Program-made: the position numbers and the translations under genes
Shown here: piece after piece, positions 7,490 through 20,372 of the stretch
Layout of the letters: every line of letters starts with the position of its first letter
Position numbering within the stretch: the stretch's first letter is position 1
DNA from: Candidatus Levybacteria bacterium GW2011_GWA1_37_16
GTDB lineage: Bacteria; Patescibacteriota; Microgenomatia; Levybacterales; UBA12049
Reading direction: 5' to 3'
Length of the DNA stretch: 64,000 nt
Assembly (NCBI GenBank): GCA_943357985.1
Contig: CALRGR010000003.1
Location: 6,496 to 70,495 of the forward strand
Notes under the pieces: model-generated
Database searches by the model: none
Seen by the model: the letters and a program-made list of their open reading frames with translations, nothing else
What the model was told of the DNA's origin: nothing

Positions 7490-10400
7490 ATGACAGACTT
7501 CGTTCACCTACACAACCACAGCGAATATTCTCTACTTGATGGATTGTCAAAAATAAAAGCAATGGTACAAAGAGCCAAAGAGCTTGATATGAAAGCTCTT
7601 GCCATTACAGATCATGGCAATATGTATGGAACTATAGTATTTTTTAAAGCATGCAAAGAAGCGGGAATAAAACCAATCATCGGTTGTGAAATTTATATAA
7701 GCAAAAGAGCAAAGGAAAATAAGGAAGCAGGAATAGATTCAGACTCAAACCACTTAATACTTCTGGCAAAAGACATGAAAGGCTATAAAAATCTGATGAA
7801 AATAGTATCCGAAGCACAACTAGATGGATATTATTACAAACCAAGAACAGACGAAAGTCTTCTTGAAAAATATCATGAGGGATTAATTTGTCTTTCGGCT
7901 TGTGTAAATGGATATGTTTCAGAACCGCTAATAGAAGGGAAAGAAGATGAAGCAATAAGAAGAGCAAAGAAACTTTCTGAAATTTTTGGAGAAGGAAATT
8001 TTTACTTAGAACTCCAAAAACATCTAAACGTTAAAAAACAAGATCCGCTAAACGAAAAGCTGGTTGAGATGTCAAAAAAACTGGGGATTCCGCTGGTTGC
8101 AACAAATGACAATCACTATGTTTACAGTAGCGATGCTCAGGCACAGGAAATACTGCTTTGTATTCAAACGCAAACAACAATAGATACCCCAAACAGAAGA
8201 CTTTCTATGATTGACTCTCCTGATTTTTATATGAAAAGCAAAGAAGAAATGACAGGCCTTTTCTTGCAAACTCCGGAAGCTTTGGAAAACACATCAAAAA
8301 TAGCAGATATGTGCAACTTGGAACTTACACTTGGAAAATGGACAATGCCAAAATTTGCAGTACCGGACGGAAAAACTTCAAGCGAATACATAAAAGAGCT
8401 TGTTGATAAAGGACTTGTTGAAAGGTACGGGCAGATAACGCCAACGATAAGAGAAAGAGCTGACTACGAGCTTTCAATTATTCTAAATAAAGGTTACGAG
8501 ACATACATTCTGATTGTTGCGGATTTTGTTAATTGGGCAAAAGACAGAGGCATTACAGTCGGGCCAGGAAGAGGATCTGCAGCGGGAGCTATTGTTTGCT
8601 ACTCACTGAGAATCACTGACGTTGACCCACTTTACTTTAAGTTACCATTTGAAAGATTTCTAAACCCGGATAGACCTTCCGCTCCTGATATTGATCTTGA
8701 TTTTGCAGACAACAGAAGAGATGAGGTAATAGATTACGTTACCAAAAAATATGGGAGAGATAAGGTAGCACAGATTATAACATTTGGAACTATGGAAGCT
8801 AGAGGCTCGGTCAGAGATGCAGGAAGAGCTTTGGGCATGCCCTATTCCGTTCCGGATAGGATTTCAAAAATGATTCCACCAGGCTGGCAAGGACACGCAA
8901 TGACTCTTGAAACAGCCTTGGAACAAAGTTCGGATTTAAAAATGGCTTACGACGGTGAACCGGAAACAAAAAGGCTCCTAGATCTTGCTATGAAGCTTGA
9001 GGGAGTTTCCCGCCACGCCTCAGTACATGCAGCCGGTGTTGTTATTGCAGACAAAGATATTACCGAATATACACCACTACAACGGGAGCCTAACGGTGAA
9101 AAAATAATTACACAATACGACATGTATTCAATTGGAGAAGACGGTGTTGGGCTTTTAAAAATGGACTTCTTAGGACTTAGAAACCTTACAATCATTCAAG
9201 AAACTCTAAGATTTATAAAAGAAAATAAAGACGAAACTGTAGATTTTTCAACTCTTGGGTTTGAAGATGTAAAAACATATAGCCTTTTAGCCTCCGGTGA
9301 AACGACCGGAATTTTCCAGCTTGAGTCACCGGGAATGAGGAGATACATAAAAGACCTTAAGCCAACAACAATATTTGACGTTATGGCAATGGTTGCTCTT
9401 TACCGCCCTGGTCCAATGCAAAATATTCCAGAGTTTGTAAAAAGAAAGCATAACCCGGCCTTTATTGATTTTCCGGATGAAAGATTAAAAGATATCCTGT
9501 CTCAATCCTATGGAATTCTTACTTTTCAAGATGACGTTATGCTTATCTCCATTGCAATTGCCGGCTATTCATGGCTTGATGCCGACAAATTTAGAAAAGC
9601 TATGGGGAAAAAAATTCCTTCAGAAATGAAAAAACAGCACGATATATTTGTGAAAGGCGCCATAAAAAACGGACTAACAGAAAAAAAGGCAGAAGAAATG
9701 TTTAACCTTATAGCACCTTTTGCAGGATATGGATTCAATAAAGCTCATGCAGCCTGTTATGCAACAATTGCCTTTAGAACGGGCTATCTAAAAGCACACT
9801 ATTCTGTTGAATTTATGACAGCCCTTCTTACTGCCGAATCAAGAGGAAGCACGGGACCCACTAAAAATGAAAAGCTTGCTCAGGCAGTTGCCGAATGCAA
9901 AAGACTTAATGTCTCCGTTCTTCCACCAGACATAAATAAATCTAGGAGTGATTTTACAATTGAAGAAAATTCAAAAATAAGATTTGGTCTTTCTGCAATA
10001 AAGAACGTTGGAGGAGCTGCTATTCAAACAATTCTGGAGGGAGGACAAAGAGGACCCTTTAAGAGCTTTGAAGACTTTTGCTTACGGGTGAATTTAAGCA
10101 CTGTAAATAAAAAAACCATAGAAAGCCTTATTAAAGCAGGCGCCATGGATCAATTTGGAAATAGAGCAAGTCTTTTAATTACTGCTCCTGAAATAATTGA
10201 CAACGTCCAAAAAAAGAAAAAACAGGAACAGGAAGGACAGTCTACTCTTTTTGGAGATTCAGGCCAATCTCATGAAATCAAAAAAAATACTCAAGACGAC
10301 ATAAAGGATTTTTCTACAGATGAAAAACTATCTTTTGAAAAAGAATTTTTAGGATTTTATCTTACATCTCACCCATTTATGAATGAGCTCTTATCAATTA

Positions 10401-10717
10401 GATCAATTATTACGCATGAGATAGATTTTGTTGAGGAAGAGACAGAAGGCAAGAAAGTGACAATTGGAGGAATTATTGAAGCAACAAGAAGAATATTTAC
10501 AAAGAAAAACGGAAACGAAATGGCATTTGTAACGATTGGCAATGAAAAGGGAATTGTAATTGAGTGTGTTGTTTTTCCAAAAATATTTTCGGAATATAAA
10601 CACCTCTTAAATATGGACACAGTCGTAATAATTGAAGGGAAAATAGACATAAACAATGATAAATCCGTAATAATTGTGGAAAAAATTTCTCCAGTAAAAG
10701 CCTTTAATCTGACCTAA
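7490..10717 (+). CDS. dnaE: DNA polymerase III alpha subunit
   Basis: FVHLHNHSEYSLLDG, GPGRGSAAG, FERFLNP, PDIDLDF, KMDFLGL, YGFNKAH. Confidence 0.98.
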   Translation: MTDFVHLHNHSEYSLLDGLSKIKAMVQRAKELDMKALAITDHGNMYGTIVFFKACKEAGIKPIIGCEIYISKRAKENKEAGIDSDSNHLILLAKDMKGYKNLMKIVSEAQLDGYYYKPRTDESLLEKYHEGLICLSACVNGYVSEPLIEGKEDEAIRRAKKLSEIFGEGNFYLELQKHLNVKKQDPLNEKLVEMSKKLGIPLVATNDNHYVYSSDAQAQEILLCIQTQTTIDTPNRRLSMIDSPDFYMKSKEEMTGLFLQTPEALENTSKIADMCNLELTLGKWTMPKFAVPDGKTSSEYIKELVDKGLVERYGQITPTIRERADYELSIILNKGYETYILIVADFVNWAKDRGITVGPGRGSAAGAIVCYSLRITDVDPLYFKLPFERFLNPDRPSAPDIDLDFADNRRDEVIDYVTKKYGRDKVAQIITFGTMEARGSVRDAGRALGMPYSVPDRISKMIPPGWQGHAMTLETALEQSSDLKMAYDGEPETKRLLDLAMKLEGVSRHASVHAAGVVIADKDITEYTPLQREPNGEKIITQYDMYSIGEDGVGLLKMDFLGLRNLTIIQETLRFIKENKDETVDFSTLGFEDVKTYSLLASGETTGIFQLESPGMRRYIKDLKPTTIFDVMAMVALYRPGPMQNIPEFVKRKHNPAFIDFPDERLKDILSQSYGILTFQDDVMLISIAIAGYSWLDADKFRKAMGKKIPSEMKKQHDIFVKGAIKNGLTEKKAEEMFNLIAPFAGYGFNKAHAACYATIAFRTGYLKAHYSVEFMTALLTAESRGSTGPTKNEKLAQAVAECKRLNVSVLPPDINKSRSDFTIEENSKIRFGLSAIKNVGGAAIQTILEGGQRGPFKSFEDFCLRVNLSTVNKKTIESLIKAGAMDQFGNRASLLITAPEIIDNVQKKKKQEQEGQSTLFGDSGQSHEIKKNTQDDIKDFSTDEKLSFEKEFLGFYLTSHPFMNELLSIRSIITHEIDFVEEETEGKKVTIGGIIEATRRIFTKKNGNEMAFVTIGNEKGIVIECVVFPKIFSEYKHLLNMDTVVIIEGKIDINNDKSVIIVEKISPVKAFNLT

Positions 10718-10740
10718 CAACAAAACTGCTCTTTTCCTGC

Positions 10741-10769
10741 TTGACACATATATAGTTTAGCCTTAATAT
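10741..10769 (+). promoter_or_regulatory. Sigma70-type promoter of the atp operon
   Basis: TTGACA-17nt-TAATAT, 7 nt before the atpB ATG. Confidence 0.65.
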
Positions 10770-10776
10770 AAAAGGA

Positions 10777-11514
10777 ATGGTTACATTTTCTTCTGAATCA
10801 ATTTTTCACCTCGGTTTTTTCAATGTTACCAATACAATTCTCAATACCCTTCTGGTAGACGCTATAATTCTTGGGCTTGTTTTTTTCATTGCTAAAAACC
10901 TTTCCAAAATTCCTAACCTTTTCCAGAGCGGCGTAGAGCTAACGGTTGAATGGTTCTACAACTTAACAGAAACGATAGCAGAAGAAAATACTAAAAAAAT
11001 ATTTCCTTTTTTTATGACTTTTTTTCTTTTCATTCTAGTTGCAAATTGGAGCGGACTTATTCCCGGTGTTGGCAGCATCGGGTTTTTTGAAGAAGGTAAG
11101 CTTGTTCCCCTTTTCCGCGGAACTACTTCAGATTTCAATACAACGCTAGCGCTTGCTTTAATATCCGCCCTAGCCACTCATACAATGAGTATCGGAACTA
11201 TTGGTATTAAAAGTTACCTTAGTCGTTATTTTTCCTTAAACCCGATAAATCTATTTATAGGACTGCTTGAAATAATTTCTGAGTTTACAAAGGTCATCTC
11301 TCTTTCATTCCGTCTTTTTGGAAATATCTTTGCGGGAGAAATTGTTCTCATAACTGTTTCGGGAATTTTTGCATTTCTCTTCCCTATTCCATTCCTCTTA
11401 CTTGAAATAATCGTTGGACTGGTCCAGGCCCTGGTTTTTTCAATGCTTACAATGGTGTTCATGGCGGTATTGTCAACGCCACATGGTGAGCATGCTAAGG
11501 AGGTGAGTCACTAA
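10777..11514 (+). CDS. atpB: F0F1 ATP synthase subunit a
   Basis: SLSFRLFGNIFAGE, VQALVFSML. Confidence 0.96.
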   Translation: MVTFSSESIFHLGFFNVTNTILNTLLVDAIILGLVFFIAKNLSKIPNLFQSGVELTVEWFYNLTETIAEENTKKIFPFFMTFFLFILVANWSGLIPGVGSIGFFEEGKLVPLFRGTTSDFNTTLALALISALATHTMSIGTIGIKSYLSRYFSLNPINLFIGLLEIISEFTKVISLSFRLFGNIFAGEIVLITVSGIFAFLFPIPFLLLEIIVGLVQALVFSMLTMVFMAVLSTPHGEHAKEVSH

Positions 11515-11720
11515 TGGATTTTTCAATTTCTGGAGGGTTAATCGTTGCCATAGGAGGTATTATGCCAGCTTTGGCAATCGGGCTCATAGGAGCCAAAGCA
11601 ATGGAGTCTATAGGAAGAAATCCTGAATCTTCAGCTAAAATATTACCTGCAATGCTTTTAGGAATGGCTTTCGCGGAAGCTATCGCAATTTACTCGTTAA
11701 TTCTGGCCTTTATAAAGTAA
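11514..11720 (+). CDS. atpE: F0F1 ATP synthase subunit c
   Basis: IGRNPE loop, AFAEAIAIY. Confidence 0.96.
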   Translation: MDFSISGGLIVAIGGIMPALAIGLIGAKAMESIGRNPESSAKILPAMLLGMAFAEAIAIYSLILAFIK

Positions 11721-11730
11721 GAATTTTTAT

Positions 11731-12228
11731 ATGGAGCTATTAGAAAAATTTGGATTTGATCCTGTGCTTTTAATTGCTCAGGTAATAAACTTTTTGATAA
11801 TTTTATATGTTTTAAAAAGGTTTTTGTATAAGCCTATTTTAGACATGCTCAAAAAAAGAGAAGAAACTGTTAAAGAAGGCCTTAAGCAAGCGGAAGAAGC
11901 AAGGCTGCTACTTGAAAGCACGCAGGAAAAGGAAAAAGTAATAATTAAAAAGGCCAGACTTGCCGCAGAACAAATGATAAAAGACGCTAAAACACAAGCT
12001 CAAGAAGAAGCAAAGCTTATAGAAGAGACTTCTAAAAAACAGGCAGCAAGACTAATTGAAGACGCACAAAGACAAATAGAATTGTCCGAAAACGAAACAG
12101 AGAAGAAGCTGGCAACATATGTAAGCCGGCTGGCAATAGAACTATTAACTAAATCAAGCAAGGAACTTTTTTCCGAAAAAGAACAGAAAGAGATTTCGCA
12201 AAACGCCATAAAACACATAAAACAATAA
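11731..12228 (+). CDS. atpF: F0F1 ATP synthase subunit b
   Basis: QVINFLIL..FLYKPI..KREE plus coiled coil; operon position. Confidence 0.93.
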   Translation: MELLEKFGFDPVLLIAQVINFLIILYVLKRFLYKPILDMLKKREETVKEGLKQAEEARLLLESTQEKEKVIIKKARLAAEQMIKDAKTQAQEEAKLIEETSKKQAARLIEDAQRQIELSENETEKKLATYVSRLAIELLTKSSKELFSEKEQKEISQNAIKHIKQ

Positions 12229-12229
12229 T

Positions 12230-12592
12230 ATGATAAAAAAACAAGTTGAAAAATTGGCTTTATTAAGCTATGTAGGAAATAACCTTGATAATAAAAAGGC
12301 TGAGAAAATAACTAGTTCTATGTCAAGAAGTGATCTAAAAATGTACATAGAAGCTTTGAAAAATTGGGAAAGAAAGCAAAGAATAGAAATTCTGATACCG
12401 GATGAAGGATACAAAAAGAATTTGAAACTGAATATGATCAAAAAAATATTTCCCAAAAAAGAAATTAGATACTCTGTTGACTCATCGCTTATTACAGGAA
12501 TTAGAATAGTGAGCCAAGACTTAGTTTATGATTTTAATTTAAAAAATACACTTGAAGACATAGTTGAGCACATTAGAAAACAATATGATTAA
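12230..12592 (+). CDS. atpH: F0F1 ATP synthase subunit delta (short, divergent)
   Basis: VDSSLITGIRI..VYDFNLK C-terminal motif; between atpF and atpA. Confidence 0.8.
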   Translation: MIKKQVEKLALLSYVGNNLDNKKAEKITSSMSRSDLKMYIEALKNWERKQRIEILIPDEGYKKNLKLNMIKKIFPKKEIRYSVDSSLITGIRIVSQDLVYDFNLKNTLEDIVEHIRKQYD

Positions 12593-14093
12593 CAGCGACA
12601 AAATAATAGAAAGATTAGAAAAAGGACTGATGACATTTTCATCAGACACAAAAATGCAGTCTGTGGGAAAGATTGAAAAAAATACAGATGGCATTATTGT
12701 TGCCTCCGGACTCTACAAAGCAGAAATGGGAGAAGAGGTAATCTTCCAAGACGGCGCAAGGGGAATTGTTCTTAATTTGGATGAAGACTATGTATCTATA
12801 GCGCTTCTTACGGGAGGAGAAAACCTAGAAGAAGGAACAACGATTAAAACAACAGGCAAGATGATAGGCGTTAATGCATCAGAAGATTTACTGGGGAGAG
12901 TTATAAGCCCTCTGGGAGAGCCTCTAGACAGCAAAGCAAAAGTAAAACAAGGAAAACTTATGCCAATTGAAAAAATTGCGGCAGGAGTTGTAGAAAGGGA
13001 ACCAGTAAACACTCCTCTTAAAACCGGAATTAAGGCAATTGACGCTATGATTCCAATTGGCCGCGGACAAAGAGAACTTATTATTGGCGACAGAGGCTTA
13101 GGAAAAACTGCAATCGCAATTGACACCATAATTAACCAAAAGCAAAATAAAAAGCCCGTAATTTGTATTTACGTTGCTATTGGCCAAAAACAAAGCTCAA
13201 TTGCACAAGTTATTGACAAATTAACCCAGACCGGCGCCATGGAATACACAATAGTAGTTGTTGCATCCGCTTCTAACCATGCCTCTCTTCAATATCTTGC
13301 TCCATATGCTGGATGTGCCATAGCCGAATATTTTATGGAAAAGGGACAAGATGTATTAATTGTCTATGATGATCTTACAAAACATGCATGGGCATACAGA
13401 CAAATTTCCTTAGTATTAAGACGCCCTGCCGGACGAGAGGCATATCCCGGCGACATCTTCTATCTTCACAGCAGGCTACTGGAAAGAGCAGTAAAGCTTA
13501 ACGCAAAAAATGGTGGCGGATCTATCACCGCCTTACCAATAATTGAAACTCAGGCAAGCGACATCGCAGCATATATTCCAACAAATGTTATTTCTATTAC
13601 AGATGGCCAAATTTACCTTCAAAATGATCTTTTCAATAGCGGTATAAGACCGGCAATTAACGTTGGCAATTCAGTTTCAAGAGTTGGCAACTCCGCATTA
13701 ACAGCAGCAATGAAATCTATTGCAGGGAGAACAAGATTAGAACTTGCCCAGTATGCAGAACTTGCAGCATTTGCTCAATTTGGAAGCGAATTAGATCAAG
13801 CAACGCAAGAACAACTAGAAAGAGGAAAAAGAACAACCGAAATTCTTAAACAACCTCAATATAATCCTTTAACTGAACCTTTTGAAATACTAAGTATTTT
13901 TGCAGTAACAAATGGCCTTATGAATGACGTTCCCATTGAGAATTTTGCAAAATTTGAAACAGCATATCATACATATATGGATAAGAATCACAAAAAGATT
14001 ATTACAGAACTTTCAAGCGGAGATAAATTAACAGATGCACTTAGCAAAGAAATAAATGAAGCAACCGAAAAGTTCAAAAAATCATTTCTATAA
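12585..14093 (+). CDS. atpA: F0F1 ATP synthase subunit alpha
   Basis: GRGQRELIIGDRGLGKT, GREAYPGDIFYLHSRLLERA. Confidence 0.98.
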   Translation: MINSDKIIERLEKGLMTFSSDTKMQSVGKIEKNTDGIIVASGLYKAEMGEEVIFQDGARGIVLNLDEDYVSIALLTGGENLEEGTTIKTTGKMIGVNASEDLLGRVISPLGEPLDSKAKVKQGKLMPIEKIAAGVVEREPVNTPLKTGIKAIDAMIPIGRGQRELIIGDRGLGKTAIAIDTIINQKQNKKPVICIYVAIGQKQSSIAQVIDKLTQTGAMEYTIVVVASASNHASLQYLAPYAGCAIAEYFMEKGQDVLIVYDDLTKHAWAYRQISLVLRRPAGREAYPGDIFYLHSRLLERAVKLNAKNGGGSITALPIIETQASDIAAYIPTNVISITDGQIYLQNDLFNSGIRPAINVGNSVSRVGNSALTAAMKSIAGRTRLELAQYAELAAFAQFGSELDQATQEQLERGKRTTEILKQPQYNPLTEPFEILSIFAVTNGLMNDVPIENFAKFETAYHTYMDKNHKKIITELSSGDKLTDALSKEINEATEKFKKSFL

Positions 14094-14096
14094 CAT

Positions 14097-16350
<2,254 letters not shown>

Positions 16351-16352
16351 AA

Positions 16353-16781
16353 ATGGACATTCTTCTAGAAATAATTACCCCCGAAAAAGTGGTTTATAGC
16401 GATAATGTTTTGGAGGTTTTGGTTCCTACGGAAAGTGGCCAGCTGGGAATTCTCCCAAGACACGTTGGTCTTTTTGCAAAAATTGTCCCCGGAGAACTTA
16501 TTATAAAAAAAGGCGGAAGCGAGCAAATAATTGCCATAACAGGAGGGTTTCTGGAATTTTCTAAGGAAAAGATTTCAATTCTTGCAGATTATGCAATAAG
16601 AGCCGAAAATATTGAAGTTGCAAAAGCTATTGAAGCAAAAGAAAAAGCTGAAGAACTCATGAAAGCAAAGGTAAGCGAGCAAGACAACGCAATGCTAGAA
16701 GGACAGCTAAGAAGAGCAATTCTAGAACTTAAAGTCGCCAATAAACTCAAAGTCACCAAACCGACAAGAATTACTTCTTAA
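16353..16781 (+). CDS. atpC: F0F1 ATP synthase subunit epsilon
   Basis: LEIITPE, GQLGILPRH, GGFLE. Confidence 0.95.
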   Translation: MDILLEIITPEKVVYSDNVLEVLVPTESGQLGILPRHVGLFAKIVPGELIIKKGGSEQIIAITGGFLEFSKEKISILADYAIRAENIEVAKAIEAKEKAEELMKAKVSEQDNAMLEGQLRRAILELKVANKLKVTKPTRITS

Positions 16782-17536
16782 TATTTCCTATAACCCTTTG
16801 GTAAGCTTCTTTATCTATCATGTTATTTGCTAAAGCAAACGAGAAAATTTGAGTTGCGGATATTCCAGCAACAATATTGCTACCCTTTTTTCTCATTTCT
16901 TGCATGCCTCCCTCTTGTCTATCTACTACAACTATATGCCCTCCAACCATATAACCACTCTCTGATAAAAGCGTTTCCTCATCAATTTTAGTAGCAGCTC
17001 CTGTAATAAGATCGTCAACAACAAGTGATTTATCAGAATAAACTATAGCGTCCCCTTGGTCTCCAATAGCAAACTTTCTGCCAATCCCTGATGTAGGCTT
17101 CTCTAGAATTCTGGAGTAAGGCATCCCGATCATCTCAGCAAATGGTTTTGCTATATCGTAACCAGTAAGAGGTATTCCGGTAACATAATCATAATCAAAT
17201 GGAATTTCTGTATCTTCTAAAAGCCTTGCCATTATTTCATAATCATGTTCACTTCCGCCCCCTTAAATTTATAAAATAACTAAGCAAGGGCATCTATGTG
17301 CCACCATAGTTAGCTGCTCCAATAAATTCATGATCATTCCTAGCTATGGTAATCATAGGAAACCTTCCCTCTTCTGTTTCATAGCTATAATTTCCTGGCT
17401 CTCCAAATCTCCTTACTAATTTCCCATCAACTTCAGCAGTGAGCATCATATGAGCAGCTTTCAACTGCCTAGGCCTCATTGCTTCAACTATCGCAATTGC
17501 TTCTAAATTTGACTGTGGTGCTTCATGAGTTGTCAT
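16771..17536 (-). pseudogene. Orotate phosphoribosyltransferase-like (PyrE/PRTase) gene split by an in-frame TAG and a frameshift; visible as ORFs 17294-17536 and 16771-17232
   Basis: PRPP motif LVVDDLITG and VVDRQEGG in the 3' ORF. The intervening DNA encodes MPLLSYFINLR in frame with the 5' ORF; removing one G from the G5 run (17258-17262) joins it to the 3' ORF. Confidence 0.65.
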
Positions 17537-17620
17537 TATAAATAAGTAAAGTTAGACATAAGGTACCAAAAGGCTCAATGGGTTGTCAATGTGAGAAAAA
17601 TTTCATAGAATAGAGGTACT

Positions 17621-17693
17621 GCCGAAGTAACTCAGTTGGTAGAGTAACTCTTTCGTAAAGAGTAAGTCGTGGGTTCGACTCCCACCTTCGGCT
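17621..17693 (+). tRNA. tRNA-Thr(CGT), CCA not encoded
   Basis: Acceptor GCCGAAG/CTTCGGC, anticodon stem ACTCT/AGAGT with loop TT-CGT-AA, T arm GTGGG-TTCGACT-CCCAC. Confidence 0.95.
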
Positions 17694-17764
17694 CTAAGAA
17701 AAAAATATCCTTAACTCTCCATACTACAGTATATGGATTGTTTGATCAGATCAATATAATTTAT

Positions 17765-18487
17765 ATGGCAAGACGGCAATCAAGACTTAACAGAATAATT
17801 GAAAAAAGAAGCAAAAGAAACCTAATCTTAAACTTACTTGGAATAATTGCAGTTATTTTCCTAATCATAAAGGTTGGAATTCCGCTTCTTGTAAACTTTA
17901 GCCTTTTTATTGCCAATCAAAAAGAAAACACAATTACTTCGCAAAATACTAACTCGAATGATTCATCCTTTATGTCTCCCCCCGTATTGGATCCTCCGCC
18001 TACGGCCACTAACAGTGCAAAAGTAGCACTATCTGGCACAGGAAGCCCTAACCAGACAGTTAGAATATATGTTAATAACGGCTTAAAAGATGAAGTATTA
18101 ACTAAAAAAGACGGAACATTTTCTTTAATTCAGGATTTAGAAAAAGGAGTAAATACTATAAAAGCAAAGTCAGAGTCTAAGGGAAAAGAAAGTGATTTTT
18201 CCCAGTCTGTGACAGTTACATACATCGACACAAAGCCAACACTTGACCTCACATCACCCTCAGATGGACAAACATTCTCCAAAAATCAGAATACTGCTCC
18301 GATTAGCGGAAAGACAAGTGCAAGCGCTAAGATCACGGTAAACGGATTCTGGGCGATTGTAGACGAAAACAGCAACTTCTCTTATAATCTCCCTCTTCAA
18401 AATGGAGAAAATCAAATAAAAATCACTGCAACCGACGAAGCTGGAAACACAACCGAAAAAAATTTAAAAGTCACATACAACCCTTAG
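17765..18487 (+). CDS. Membrane-anchored protein with two bacterial Ig-like domains
   Basis: Basic N-terminus and TM helix, then LEKGVNTIKA and LQNGENQIKITATDEAGN Ig-like motifs; start at ATG 17765 because the ORF-track start overlaps the tRNA. Confidence 0.75.
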   Translation: MARRQSRLNRIIEKRSKRNLILNLLGIIAVIFLIIKVGIPLLVNFSLFIANQKENTITSQNTNSNDSSFMSPPVLDPPPTATNSAKVALSGTGSPNQTVRIYVNNGLKDEVLTKKDGTFSLIQDLEKGVNTIKAKSESKGKESDFSQSVTVTYIDTKPTLDLTSPSDGQTFSKNQNTAPISGKTSASAKITVNGFWAIVDENSNFSYNLPLQNGENQIKITATDEAGNTTEKNLKVTYNP

Positions 18488-19641
18488 TCCTCGGCAATGC
18501 CAATCAAAATCCACATCCAGAGCATTATGAACGGATAAAAAAGACTGTTTATAAAAAGGCTGTCGACAAATAGAGCAACTGATGAGGAAATTATAATTGG
18601 CGAATAGAAATTCTTCCTTGGAAAAGAAAGTATTTTGAACCAAAGATATAAGTAGGATAGCAGACCAATAATTCCTGTTGTTGCCATAACAAATAAAAAA
18701 CTATTGTCTGTGCCCGCTGCAGCATGATTTGGATATTTACTATCCACCGATAATCCATATCTTCTGCTTGCGAACTCATAAGCATTAAATCCAACTCCTA
18801 GAATAGGATTTTTCTCAAAAATAGTTAATGCATTTTTTGCAGATGGAATACGTGCCTCCGTTGAAGTAATTCTCAAAAGATTTGTACCCTCGCTTTTAAG
18901 TCCTACCATAGAAACTATCGATATCAAACAAATAAATAACACAGCAAAGATTAGAATCAGCTTCTTTTTTCCTTGCAAGAATAAAAATACAAATACACCT
19001 ACAAAAAACATTAAATACGCGCTTCTTGAAAAGGTTAAAGCGATTGCTATTAAAGAAAGTACTGATATAAATCCGTAAATCAAACTTCTGCTTTTTACAA
19101 ATAGCCCAAAAACAAATAAGAAATATAGGGCTAAAAAAGCTCCAGCAAAATTTGGATCCAAAAAGCTCGAAAATAATCTATAAAGATGTTCATCCCAACC
19201 CAAATAATAAAGGTTTCTAAGATCTGGGTACAGAAAATATTGGACAAAACCAAATCCAGCAATAATTGCTCCCATTGCAACAAGCATGGCAGGAATCTTC
19301 TTTTTGAAACCTTCGCCAAGGCTTACTACCGAAAAATAGACACCTGCATACGCAACCCATCTTAAAAGGTACAATGCCGATATGAATCCCTCAGCAGGTT
19401 TTAAATTCGCAAGACTTATAATAAGTGAGATCGTCGCTACGAAAACAAATACAAGCACAGGCTTTGTCAGTCTTGCCGTAATAAACTTTTTTCTAAACAC
19501 TGACACTAGCACAAATAAAGCAACAGCTACATCTGTTGCCATAATTGCGGCTCCATTTTGGAATTGAATTCTTGCGATTTCTCCCAATGGAAATATAAAA
19601 AGAAGAATTATAAAAAAAAATTCTTTTATTCTTTTTGCCAT
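18484..19641 (-). CDS. O-antigen ligase/Wzy-like membrane protein
   Basis: Multiple TMs, RLFSSFLDPNFAG, LTFSRSA, PILGVGFN. Confidence 0.8.
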   Translation of the reverse strand: MAKRIKEFFFIILLFIFPLGEIARIQFQNGAAIMATDVAVALFVLVSVFRKKFITARLTKPVLVFVFVATISLIISLANLKPAEGFISALYLLRWVAYAGVYFSVVSLGEGFKKKIPAMLVAMGAIIAGFGFVQYFLYPDLRNLYYLGWDEHLYRLFSSFLDPNFAGAFLALYFLFVFGLFVKSRSLIYGFISVLSLIAIALTFSRSAYLMFFVGVFVFLFLQGKKKLILIFAVLFICLISIVSMVGLKSEGTNLLRITSTEARIPSAKNALTIFEKNPILGVGFNAYEFASRRYGLSVDSKYPNHAAAGTDNSFLFVMATTGIIGLLSYLYLWFKILSFPRKNFYSPIIISSSVALFVDSLFINSLFYPFIMLWMWILIGIAED

Positions 19642-20372
19642 AACATCCAAAGCTTTCCTCTAACCAGAAAAGAATGAAAACTCATAACAAGAGCAAAGAC
19701 CAAACCTTCTATTCCATCAAGAAATCCTCTTTTTATAAAATAATTAAGAAAGAATTTTGCCTTCGGATATAATATGATAAAGAAGAAATTTGACTTCATT
19801 CCTTTTTCATACAATTCTCTACTTCTTATATCCGTATAGAGATTAATTTCTGTTAAAAATTGCCCAAGCGTTTGATGTGGATAATGCAGAAGCGAATTAT
19901 TAAGTTTGTCTATTTTCCCTCTAACTTTCCATTTTTCATGAACCAGACCTTCCCATTTACCACTACTTTTCTTTGCTAGCCTGACAAAACTTATATTGCC
20001 TGTTTCGCCATGCTTCAATTCTTTACCCCAAATAATATCTTTTCTTTTAATCAAAAATCCATCGAAGGGATTCATTGGATCGGAAATTAAAGATTGAATT
20101 TCATAGCGCAATGAGTCTGTTACTCTTTCATCTGCATCCACAAAAAAAACCCAGTCACTTTTTGCCTTCTCAAGAGCTAAATTTCTTTGTTTTGAAAAAT
20201 TACCATTAAGATCTTGCTGTATAACTTCCACATTTTCTCTTTTCGCCAGATCCATTGTTCTATCTTCCGAATTATCATCAATAATCAAAACCTCATCGCA
20301 CCATTTTACACTTCTCAAACAATCAACTATGTTTTTTTCTTCGTTTCTTGTAAGAACTACAGCCGTAATCAT
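19626..20372 (-). CDS. Glycosyltransferase family 2
   Basis: TRNEE, IDDNSED, FVDADE, GLVHE. Confidence 0.9.
   Translation of the reverse strand: MITAVVLTRNEEKNIVDCLRSVKWCDEVLIIDDNSEDRTMDLAKRENVEVIQQDLNGNFSKQRNLALEKAKSDWVFFVDADERVTDSLRYEIQSLISDPMNPFDGFLIKRKDIIWGKELKHGETGNISFVRLAKKSSGKWEGLVHEKWKVRGKIDKLNNSLLHYPHQTLGQFLTEINLYTDIRSRELYEKGMKSNFFFIILYPKAKFFLNYFIKRGFLDGIEGLVFALVMSFHSFLVRGKLWMLWQKE

Noticed and set aside
7490-10717. Intein or intron in dnaE
   Set aside because: Length and motif order are normal; no intein splice motifs or LAGLIDADG block noticed.
17621-17693. tRNA-Thr as an integration site for a prophage or island
   Set aside because: No integrase and no duplicated tRNA 3' end found in the window.
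17741-17753. TTGATCAGATCAA palindrome near the start of the Ig-domain gene as an FNR/CRP-type box (coordinates approximate)
   Set aside because: Spacer is 3 nt rather than 4, single occurrence, and no cognate regulator in view.
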